A stretch of 35,241 nucleotides of DNA from Azolla caroliniana (Eukaryota; Plantae; Polypodiophyta): the NCBI GenBank assembly GCA_043228905.1, contig JBHGNT010000319.1, positions 1 to 35,241 on the forward strand, given 5' to 3'. Below are positions 21,161-32,233 of this stretch, piece after piece. Position numbers and translations under genes: made by a program. Below the pieces are notes generated by a model. It had not been told where the DNA came from and did no database searches. It saw only the letters and a program-made list of their open reading frames with translations. Position 1 is the stretch's first letter, and every line of letters begins with the position of its first letter.

Positions 21161-22901
21161 GTGTCATGCCATGAGACAACAAAGTGTTAATAATAACAAT
21201 AATCAACATGGCATGTTTCAATTTGGACACATGCATACATGCTATGAACTATATATATTATAGGCCATTTACATCACATTAAACTAATTAAGTATACATA
21301 ATATCCCTTTAATTTCATTCTCCTTGTACAATAGTTCTCTTTTTTTATCTACAAAATTTGTACATTTTCTAGCTTGTCATGAAATTGCAATTTCCCTTAC
21401 TACTTGAAATACTAGGTAACAAAAAACTTGTGATATGTCAATACAAGCCACAAGATGTTCATACTATTTGTATTCAATATAAAACAATTGTAGCCACACT
21501 TTATTACAACATGCTTACAAATTCGCAAGTCCAACATATACAAGTTCTACGCAAACGTCCTTGTTGATGCTTACACGATCAAGATTACATCATGGTCAAC
21601 ATCATTTTGAAACATGGTGATTACTTTGATCGTCTTGCATTGCTATCTATTTCCATTTTTCCTTCGTTGTGTTTTTATATCTTTTGAATATGAATATGGT
21701 GCATTGATCTCTCATGAGTTATTAGATGGATCACGTCAATAGAAATGCAGGGTTTTTTACAATAATGTTTGCCATTGCTTACAAAGGTTTTCAATTTCAA
21801 TACCTATAATCCCTATTCGGTAAAGGGCATCCCCTGTGAATAAATACTATTTGACAAATATACAAATTACTTATGCTGCTATGTAAGCATTTGCATTAAG
21901 TATATGCTCATTCAAATAAGTATTTCACAAGAGTATTTCAATTGTAATTAGTACCAGAATATAAGTGTACTGATTTGATAAGAATTGTATAATATATGCC
22001 CATTTGATAAGCTGATGCCAAGGATCAAGATAGTACTTCGATACACTTCAGCCAAAGCTTCAGCAAATACTTCATGTCACTCTTTGGCCAAGAAGATTGT
22101 TTTTCAACATTAAACATTACATGATGGAAGCTTCGATTTGTGAAACTTGTCATATCACTTTGGAGCTTTCTCAAGTGTTATTGGCATTCGTTCATGTAAA
22201 TGAAAATCAAGTTGTTTTTACTAAACCTTATATGGTTGAATTGTATTTGGCCACTTAATTTTTTGTTTTTATCATCATGGCATACTGATGATGGCCCACC
22301 ATGGGGTATAGAACTTGTGAATGTATTTATCAAGGCTTCAGTTCTGTCGAGGGTAAGGTGAATAACATGGGTAAACTCACAAGCTCCAACGCCCCTCTTC
22401 ATCGAGCCATCCTCTAAATTTACACCTTAGAATAGAGGAAAAAACAACACACCCTCTCCAAGGTTGTGAGCAGGTGAGCATTCTCAAAGGTAGGAAGTGG
22501 GAAAAGGCTGAAAATGAGATTGATTTACAGTTTAATCTTCTTTAGTAACACTACATGGATTGAGACCCTCTCGCTTATGAGGAAGCATGGAATTGATTGA
22601 TCTTGGATGGAACCAAAGATTAATACCAGACCACAATATAACCCTATATAAATTAGAAGCAAATCTAAGTTTGTTTCCAAACTTCCGTCATCATATATTC
22701 CACTGGATCTTTTTTGTATTTCACAAAGATCCAGCTCAAGCTTGAGACCTTGTGAATTCAACTCGGCCTAATCTTCAGGGCGTCGTGAAACTTTGCTTCA
22801 ATGCAATGGAGAATCACAAGGCCCTGTCAAAGTATCCTACAGGAACTCTTCTAAAATGTATGCATGCTGAAAGCACACAATCTGATTGGTATAAAAGGAA
22901 T

Positions 22902-25900
22902 CTATGGTACAATCACGAAATCTTGCTCATTTGCTCGTCGGTACAAAATCACTGAAGCCTCCAACCTGACGAAAAAAACAGCAATCAAGTCATTGATTCT
23001 TACATAGGTAGAATCAAATTTAGATATGGATGAATTTCTAAAACTCCTTGATTTTTTGCTATTTAGCAGAAAATCTGTTAAGTTCCCAAAATTACCAGAA
23101 TGCTATTATGTCTTAATAGTGGGAATTTCTGGTAATTTTAAAAAACTTAAAAGGTAATTTGGTGCTTTTTTCTTCCGCTTGTCAGGGTTGGCCTGGTGGT
23201 TCAGGCAATGGCCTCTGCTAAAAAGCAGTAGATCGAGGGTACAACTACCTACCCCCCCACAGAGGGGGTAACCAATAAGAGAAAATTAACTGAATGGGAT
23301 TGTGATCTATTATCTAATGTACTCACCAACTAGGCCTAACAACAAATCTGCCAGTAGATAAGGCCCAATTGACCTGAAAATCACACGGTTGGAAAGCCAA
23401 ATCAGATCATAATACAAGTTATTGCTAAGTTTCCTTTATAATTACTTTCATAGACATTACCTTGTCAGTCCCGAGGGAAATTGCCACCACATGCGTAACA
23501 CTGTCATCAATGGCCATGGAGCATATGGCACCGAATTGTTCAGCTAGCTGCCAGAGTGGGTGTAGGTGAGGCTGAATCTCTCCTTGGGGGAAAACTCTAC
23601 TAAATATAAGCTTACAACCATTTAAAACCCTCCGTTGCTCCTTTGCGAGAATATCACGCACATCAACTTGATGAAGCCTTGGCTTTGAGAAAAATTCATA
23701 ATGTATTTTCTCAATTACCTGAGATTTAAACATGTGATTCTCTACTGATTGCTGAATGAAGGATTGCTAGTAGATACATATATACATAGACCAAAAAGTA
23801 AATAGGCTAACCGTCAAAGCTGATGCCAACATGCCATCTGGTTCCCTCTCATCATGACCCACTTCGAGAAGTGATGGACCCGGCAAACCAAATTGCTTTC
23901 TACTACAAGGGAAGTACATGTACCTATGGAGATCATTTACAGCAATTCAAACATAATTACTTGCAAACATGCAATGCAGCAATGTTGTGATCAACAAACC
24001 AACGAGATTTCACCTTTCCACGACAATAAGGTTATGTCTGTGGTGTGGCCAAACACGTGCTGAATCATCGATAATGACTACAGCTGATTCCATTCCCAGC
24101 ACACCATCCAAATCTTTGCTTTTGGGAGGTCTTTCATCTCCATCAGACACATCTCCATCATCACCCTTGGAAATTACCCTCCCAGCGAACAAAACCCCAG
24201 TGGGATCAAGAAGTCTCGCCATCTCTGTTGCATAAGCTTTGTTGCCCATTGTGTAGACATGAAGCTCATATAATTGGCTAGCCTACAAAAAAATGAGGGA
24301 AAATCAAAGAGAACGCAAAGTTTAGCTATACTGCCAAATTTCTGAGATCGCTGTGCTTCAATGATTATTACCACTTTTGATGCAGGAATGACAACTAAAT
24401 ACATGTTAATTTTGTAAAGCCCGGGGCATATACAAACAAGCATCAGCATGAATGAGAGAGAGAGAGAGATGAAAGGTGTGATAAAAGAAAGCAAGCACAT
24501 AAGAAACCAGGTTTAAGAACTAGAAATATGTCTTACCAGTGAGTGTCTACATTACACATGGCATCCCATCTCAAAGTAGAAAAAATGTCAGGCATAAAAT
24601 GAACTAGATGTTATGGCATCCATCCACGTATCACCAGTATGCCCAAGGAGTTGAAGGTGCATATATCAGCATTTGCATTATAGTGAATGAGAGAAAGGCA
24701 TGAAAAAGCATAATGAAGGAAAGCAAGCACATACATAACCAAGTTTAAGAGGTAGAAATATGAGTACAAATCCACACAGCACAAGGCATCTCATCTCAAG
24801 GAGAAATCACTTCGTGCAAAGCATGCAATATGGCATGCCTCCACATATAATCTGTATGCCCAAGAGGAGCTGAAGGTGCATATATCCGCATTCATATAAT
24901 GTAATGCTAACTATATGAAGCATCCCACTGAGATTCTAATTTCTACCATTTCTAAACAGTGATGACCAGACTTTCCACCCATGATGGAAAGATAGCACTG
25001 AGTAACATAAAGACAAATTTGATATTACAAGTACAAATACATATACAAATATGTCCAGATTTGAACTAATCAAATAAACCACCAAATATGATGTCTAATA
25101 TAAGGTTTTTACCCTTGCCAAAAAGTTCCATATGCCAGGACGTAGCTTTGTCCACATGCTCATGTGGGGAAAGCGATATAACTCACGTTTGTTGCCTTCC
25201 TTACCAAACTTAGCACGCTCTGTCATTTCATTCACCCGCAACTTGCCTTCCCATTCCTCTTCAATTTCAGCAAACTAGAAATAGCAAAGGACGTCCACTT
25301 AAGACAAGCCCAATTAACCTACAAACTGAAAGGAATAAAATTTTCCAATACCTTAGCTGAATTAAGAAGTGTATGGTCAAGGTCAAGAACCAAGCATAGC
25401 TTCTTGGCAACAAACATTCTGGTTTGTTCCTCTATTCTTCTTGCTCTTTCTTGTCTAACTGCTTGCTTTCGTTTCTCATCAAGACCCTCAAGAAGTGGTT
25501 CTAAATTATTCCAATGGTTTATATTTTCTGATTGTTTAGGAGCTGCTGTTGAGACGCTTCCATTCAAGTCCAAGTTACTTGCTACATTGCTGGCAGACAC
25601 TTTACTTGCAACACCAATAGGTTTGCTGATACTTGAAACATCTTCAACCCTACTCCCATTTATAGTCGAATCAATATCTTGAGATGGGTCATTGCCTTCA
25701 AGTAAAGGTGATGTTTCATCATTGTTAGGAGAGGATATAAGCTTCCCCTCAGCTACAAAAGAATCAATTGCAGCAATGTCTGCTTTTGAATGAGTCATCG
25801 GGTTTATGGTCATTCCTGATGGTGTGGTAATATTACCTTTCACAGGTAATAATATTTCCTGGTTGTTGGACTTTTCAACAGTACTTCCAAGCAGCACTCG

Positions 25901-28900
25901 TCGAGGGTCCCTTGGTTTCATTCTTGGCTTAGAGGAATCAGTCTGGAAAGAAAATGCCAAGCAATCCAATAAGAAAGAGAGAGAAAGAGAAAGAGATTAC
26001 AGTCAGTTATTTTGAATACACCGTAACAAAAAAATAACAAAAGAGTGCCTTGAAAATATAATTAAAAACCTACTGGTGAATGCGAAGATGCATTGGGCAG
26101 CTTATGTTGTGTCCTTCTTAGTATAGATGTCTTATCATCCATAAAACTCTGTTTGATATTGTCAGTAGAAGCAATACTTTGCACTAGTGGAAGGTCATCT
26201 CCATCCTTAGCATCTGCGACAGGCTTCTGTCTTTTCGTAGGAACTTCTTGGCTTAACAATTCAAACTGTCTTTTTCGTTGAGAAATTTCACCAGATGAAT
26301 CTGCACGCATACGTAATGTTTCATCATCTAAATCGATATTTGTCAAGGTTTCGGGTATAGTCGGCATTAACCCTTGTTCTGATGACCATACTCCTGCTGT
26401 TCCCAATGTTAAAAGTGAAACTAGTTCACCTTTGAGCAAAGGATTATTTTGACATGCTAGAAGATCTTCATGCTTCTTCGCAGATATCATTTCAGTAGAA
26501 AGTTTTTTTGGACCTTCACTTTGTGAAATATCTCCTTCAAAAGCATGATTAACTAATCTTCTTCTCGGATCTCGACTCTTTTTTGCAAGCATTAACTTTG
26601 TTTGATGTCCATCTGGGTCCATATCTTCCACTCGAGCAACAGGCAGCACAGAGCTCGGAAATAGCTTTAATTCAGTGTAAGAGACTCTGTTACCACTACT
26701 AATGCTACTGCTATCTTGTTGAGGAACATTTGATAATGGGAAATTTTGTTGTTTACCTTGTGATACTTCACTCTTCCTCATATTTCCTTGAATTTCACTA
26801 GTATCAGGATTGAGCCTAGAAGTCTCAAGCTGATTATTCACAGTTGCATCGTCATCTTCATCTGAAGGCGTTGGACTCGGCAGTCGAGTATAACCAGTAT
26901 GAGATTTTCCGGCAAATTTTTCATGATATGAAGTGAGAGCTTTGACAGGATCAATATTGGGTACAAATCTATCATTTTTTATGGTAGAAACTTGTACCTC
27001 CCTTGTATGGATATTAGTCATTCTAGTCTCTGCACCGCCTCCTAATGCATGTGTTGGATAGCTTTTACTTATGCCATCTTGAAAAGTCATGGGATGGCAT
27101 CCCAAGTGTGTCAAATTTGTGGAAATTTGGTTTGCAATCGGGGTCACATTAGAGAAGCTTATGGTCTCTTGATAATTCATGGCATGGTTGGCAATCGGAT
27201 TCAAAGTAGCAGAAATCTCCCTTGGAAAAGCATAAATTTGAGCCTCATAGTGTTCTTGTGGGATGGAAGAAATCCAACCACCAAGACCTATATTTCCTGC
27301 CACATTAGTATTGTCTACAACATGAATATTGTTGTTAGCAGGAATAATGCCTGAAAGATGCCTTTCGGCATCGGTGGTTGATATTTGCTCTGTTTCAGTC
27401 CTACCATTGGCAGAGGTATCAGTACTACTATCACTTTCAAGCTGCGTTGTTGCTGATGTATTACATGATGATTCGCCAAACCTCCATTCCTTATCTTCTC
27501 CCTTCTCAGATTCTAATCCCTTTGAATATGAGTTTGGCATGTAATCTCCCTTATTTAGACATCCAAAGGATGACATTATGGAATCAAGCTGCAGGAAATA
27601 CATAAAAAAATAAGAATTCTGCAATTCACAAACTAGCCTTCTCTCATGACTGAATAATAAAATTGCTCAGACCTCTTGGATTTGCTTGGATGTGAAAAGA
27701 CTTTGGCATCTGTTTCGGGCAAGGTCTAATAACCTAAATAATTGTTGAAAAAAAAGTGATAATTAAAATTATTCGACAAAATATAAATGTAAAACCTAAG
27801 TTTTATATGATAGAAAACCTCGGAAATGCTTCTGTCCCCTCATTTTGCATTCTTCCAATAGGAGTGCTCCAAACCTACAAAAAAGCGCCCAAAGCATCAG
27901 ACTTCAAGATCCAATGCTTTTACAATAAAAATAGATTAAAGAGCTCACTCACCTCATACGCAGCTCTTATTCCAGAGAAGACGTCTCTTGTGAATGCAAT
28001 AATTTTCCTTTGATACCCTTCTGAATGCTTGAATTGTAGAACTCTTTTATTGAGATCTCGAAGAATCTTAACTGCCCTTCGTAGTTGCTTACAGACGGTC
28101 ATAAAAGAACTGAAGCAAATGGGTTGAATGATTAGAATAGAAAGGCTTCATTCTCTAAAATAAGCTATGAATAGCCAAACATTTATTAGTTATATATAAC
28201 AGTTTCTAACTCACTTTTGGGCATCTTTGACACTAACATTCCTAAGCAACTCATTACATTCTGCAAAAAGCTTGTCTTTGAGTGAATCTGACATGATGTA
28301 AACGTGATCAAAAGCGTCGGAATCCCTCCTACCCTTGAGATTGGATTGTGGAAATGACATATCCAATGGATTTATTTCTCTTCCTTTTGAATACCTTGCT
28401 GGTTTATCAGACCCCACGGCACCTATTTCAGCTAGCATTCCTCTCTTCCCTTCTCTCTCTCCCATTTCTAGATTCCTTTCGCCTCGTGCGCTTCGAAAAT
28501 CCCTCTTTCTACTATCCTTAGCATATCTAACAGAATCTGATCGCCTTCGGTATCCCTTGTCTAGTATCGAACCTCGTCCTTCCGGAATATTTCTATACTT
28601 CTCCTCCATTTTATTGTTTGCATTCTTTGACATATTTGATCTTTCCGAGATTCCTTTGTTGCCTCGTCCTTTCCCCCATTTTACATCAGATTGTTCTCCT
28701 CCATCTTGCAAATAAATAAAACCATCATCACTTCTCAAGAAGCTAACATATTTCATGCCTTGATCACCCACAATCCATCCACTTTTGCTTTCAGCGATGA
28801 GGTCCATGTCCTTATTCCCAGACCAGGATGAAGACTTGAGCAAAGAACCTGAGGCTGAATCGGCATCACCAATCTTTCCTTTCGTTACAGATGAAGCCTC

Positions 28901-29617
28901 TTCTAGAGGAGAATCTATCGTTGATTCTTTGGTGTTTCCTTGAACACCTTTAGCCCAGGCAAATTGGTAGAATTTATCAGGTTTTCCCGAGAATGGAGAA
29001 GCTTCTTTTGGCCAATTCCATCCACTCTTTACAACATCGCCATTTGATCGCTCTGGCCATCTCACCGAAGCTATGGTTGAAGATTTCTCGGGTATTTCCG
29101 TTTTCAGACCAGAAGGTTCATCTATTTCATGTGCAGGTGATATTGGCGTATCAACATTTCCCAAACTTTCATTGTTATCATCTGAAATCTCTCCTTCTTC
29201 TGGCTCCTCAGAATGCTCCGATATCTTCTCAGATACTATTTCTGATACCATCTCCTGAACACTCTCCAGTATTGTCTCGTGAAGAGCTGCTACCGTATTG
29301 GGTATATTATCTGGTACCTTTTCTGATATGATTTCTGGTACACACTCAGGTAAATCTTTGGATACACTCTCAGGTACACTTTCGGGTACACTCTCCAGTA
29401 CATTTTCGGGTACACACTCTGATATCTTCTCCAGTGGGATTAATGGTACATTCTCTGGTACATTCTCCATTATCTCGACATCATTTAACATTTGTGGTTC
29501 ATCAGCTTCCTGAGGTCCTCCAACAATGCCCGGTTCTTCCCCTGTATCATCTTTGAATAACTCAGATGATTGCTCAAGATTAAGATCTATTTCACAAATT
29601 AACGAGGCTTGATCCAT
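22902..29617 (-). CDS. CPL3: RNA polymerase II C-terminal domain phosphatase-like 3 (FCP1-type HAD phosphatase plus BRCT); 12 coding exons, 1564 aa
   Basis: Exons read by hand, all GT-AG and phase-consistent: 29617-28215, 28109-27953, 27874-27819, 27733-27673, 27588-26074, 25942-25352, 25274-25113, 24282-24014, 23923-23812, 23718-23461, 23373-23327, 22965-22902 (4695 bp). Motifs: EEGEI, FAWAKGVQ, LPSPTPS, RDPRR, KLCLVLDLDHTLLNS (DxDxT), MWTKLRPG, YTMGNKAYA, VIIDDSARVWP, BRCT (LIFSRVFP...VTHVVA...RPSWLEAS). Confidence 0.95.
24448..24892. repeat. Diverged ~225-bp tandem duplication within a CPL3 intron
   Basis: Blocks GAAAGCAAGCACATA, GTTTAAGA..TAGAAATATG, GGCATC.CATCTCAA and GTATGCCCAAG..GGAG.TGAAGGTGCATATATC.GCATT each occur twice, in the same order (24448-24672; 24683-24892). 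Confidence 0.85.
29200..29470 (-). repeat. Coding 12-bp minisatellite encoding an acidic tetrapeptide repeat (VPE[S/N/C], ISEK) in the CPL3 N-terminus
   Basis: Translation ENVPENVP...ECVPENVLESVPESVPESVSKDLPECVPEIISEKVPDNIP...; GGTACAC/GGTACAT recurs at 12-bp spacing. Confidence 0.8.
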
Positions 29618-30165
29618 TGAGCTTATGATCCTGTTTTGTCCTAGATAATGAAAGACTACAGAGCTAGAAAACCTAAAGGAGATTATTTTTCAGTTAAGAT
29701 ATGGAAAAGCTACAGTCATGGCTACTCCCGAAGGGCGTGAAATGATTCATCTTGATGCATTGTTTATCTTCTTCCGCTACTTCTTCATCTTCTTCAATAC
29801 GCATGTATGATAATAAGAAGCTCACAGAGAAAACTAAAAACTTCTTGCCTGGAACATGTTCATATATCCAAATGTTCAGTCTGTGAAAAATGAAAGCAAA
29901 ATCCTTCTTTTTGAAGCTATGGTTAGACCCAAAGGATCTCTGTGTTACGTCAACGAGTTTAAGAGTTTTATTTCGGGTGGGTTTAATCTCTGTGTAGAGA
30001 AGAGACAAAACTCGGATCTGACCATGAAACAACAGATTTACTTCGTCCAAATCAGAGCTTAAAGGGAAAGGGTTTTTTGTTTTTGTTTTTTGTCAGTGAA
30101 TAGTCTCGATCTGAATAAGAAAGAAAGCTCCGAGCGGAAGCTATGGCGATGATAGAGGTTCTGGT

Positions 30166-30201
30166 TCTGTCTCTGTCTCTGTCTCTGTCTCTGTCTCTGT
30201 C
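30166..30201. repeat. (TCTGTC)6 microsatellite in the probable CPL3 5' leader
   Basis: Directly visible. Confidence 0.88.
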
Positions 30202-30270
30202 TTCGTCTTCTGTGAGGTTTCCTCTCTGTTTGTGGGTTGTGGGCATTAGCCCTCACTGCAGAGACAGAGG

Positions 30271-30348
30271 TAAACCGTGGTTAAGTCAAGTTAACCGTGG
30301 TCAAGTCTAGCTAACCATGGTTAGGTTAGGTAACTGTGGTTAAGTCAA
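30271..30348. repeat. Four 20-bp tandem repeats with a palindromic core TAACC(G/A)TGGTTA in the probable CPL3 promoter
   Basis: TAAACCGTGGTTAAGTCAAG / TTAACCGTGGTCAAGTCTAG / CTAACCATGGTTAGGTTAGG / TAACTGTGGTTAAGTCAA. Confidence 0.85.
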
Positions 30349-30437
30349 AAGGCCAAAGCCCAACCGACTCTTCAAGTGAGGCGACCTTATAAGTTATGAG
30401 AATTTAGAAACATACCCCCTTACACTTTTTGTTAGTC

Positions 30438-30525
30438 AAAAAGCTTCAATCTTCATCATCGCCCTACGGATTTGTGAAGTATCAAAAAGCTTCGGTGTTC
30501 ATTGCCTACGGATTTGTGAAGTATC
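30438..30525. repeat. Short tandem duplication (~45 bp, 2 copies)
   Basis: CAAAAAGCTTC...CCTACGGATTTGTGAAGTATC is present twice back to back. Confidence 0.8.
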
Positions 30526-31931
30526 GACATGTCAATGGCCATATGACCCCAACAGATCGTTCATAAAAGATGGTTCCCTTGCAGATTTCAGCTCTCTTCT
30601 TTTTATACCAAAATTCGTGCATTTCATAGTTTCGAAATATTGGTGAGATTGTTCCAGTTGAGGCCTTATGCGAGTATTACCTTAAAAAAAATATATCGTC
30701 GTATGGATGACCGAGTGTGATGTTTTGATCCCCCGAGACATGTTATTACTAGTTAGGTTGAAATGCCAGTTCATTATTTATAAGGCACGTAACTTTATTG
30801 TGACTCATGTCTTATATAAATAGAGTACCTCTATCACGTGTTAAAGACTTTTGAATCATTTTTTTCATGCCCTTCTTGTTCATTTTGTTGCATTCCTTAA
30901 AAGGCAATAGTCGTGATTTCACTAGTAGAAGGAGAATGCTACAAGTGATTATTGTGATTCCATATATGGGTAGAAGGAGTTTTTAGTTTGGTGCATATAA
31001 AATAAAGTATGGCACGAAACAAACCGCCAAAAATCATCATAGCCAATTTAATCCATTGCTATGAACGATAATATTTTTGACCTTTTTCTCAAAGGCCTAT
31101 AATGATAGTTATAATTATTCCAATGATAGTGTAAATGGATTGTTGCTTCCAACTAGATGATTGGTGAGCTCTTTGATTAACAATAATAACATAAAAACTC
31201 TGAATAATTCACTTGTATTGATTTGAGAACTCTAATCGTGAAGGGTTGCACTCTTAATTTTTTTATCAATCGGTCGTCTACCGAAGAATCAATTGATTCG
31301 CAATTGTGCCTCCAAATAATCATTTTCTTGGTGAAGAGGACTCTAGTAGAAATGTTGTCCTCGATTATATTGACTATTCCATTTTGATAGACTTGTGAGA
31401 CCTTCAGCTTTGTACTCAAGAGATTTCATACAAGCAAATACATCAAATATCATGTGTGCGGAAGGGTCAACTTCATTGATTTATCAATATCCTGGTTGGT
31501 TGTTTAATTGTTGTAGATGAGTCGCACTAGATTTTGCATACTAGATTGTAATATTTTGGTGTCATGAGGGTGTCTTAAATAAACAAGACCTTGCTTGCTA
31601 GATATAATGAAAGAGAGATTTTATCATCATTGTTGAAGGTCAAATACAACCTCTTGGGATGAGAGAGGGGGAGGGATGATGATGACATTTTAATGTCTTC
31701 CAAGGGCAAAATTTTGACCAATGGGAATCAATAAAATAGTATTCTAAGAGAGTGTCATATGTTATCGTAGAGGAGCTATGCACTTGTGTCTCGTGTATTT
31801 TCCTACGATCACTCACATGCCAAAGTAGAGAGTATATATAGAGAATATTTAGTCATTGTTTTAATATTACCAAACAATGCCACAATATTTTGTTGTAGTA
31901 TATTACTCCGAATGTATATATATGTATTTTG

Positions 31932-32233
31932 TAGGAATCGACAATGGTTCGGTTTTGGCTAAATCGGTTTGGAAGTTTTCAAACTTGAACCAAACCGGTT
32001 CCTAAATGGGTTAAGGCTAACCAGTTTGACCAATTTGGTTCCGAAACCAGTTTTACCAATAAACAAGTTTGGACAAACCGTTTAGCTTTAACCGGTTTGT
32101 AAACCACTTTGGCCCAATCTAGTTCAGTTCGGCTTGAGCGTTGCCAAACTAAGCTCAAACCGGTTTATGAAGCTCAAGCGTAAACAATTAAACGGCTCGG
32201 TTTAGGTTTGAATTGAGCCATTTCCAACTCCTA
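31932..32233. mobile_element. Non-autonomous hAT-superfamily MITE (302 bp) with an 8-bp TSD
   Basis: Imperfect TIRs TAGGAATCGACAATGGTTC ... GAGCCATTTCCAACTCCTA, flanked by a perfect 8-bp direct repeat GTATTTTG (31924-31931 and 32234-32241). The interior is rich in AACCG/CGGTT motifs. An 8-bp TSD with TAGG termini is characteristic of hAT elements. Confidence 0.88.

Noticed and set aside
24955-25005. GTGATGA...CTGA with a small hairpin resembling a C/D snoRNA
   Set aside because: Only ~45 nt long and antisense to the host intron, so too short for a canonical C/D snoRNA.
29694-30256. 118-aa and 64-65-aa ORFs upstream of CPL3
   Set aside because: They lie in the probable 5' leader or leader intron, partly over a microsatellite, have non-ATG or weak starts and show no homology that I recognise.
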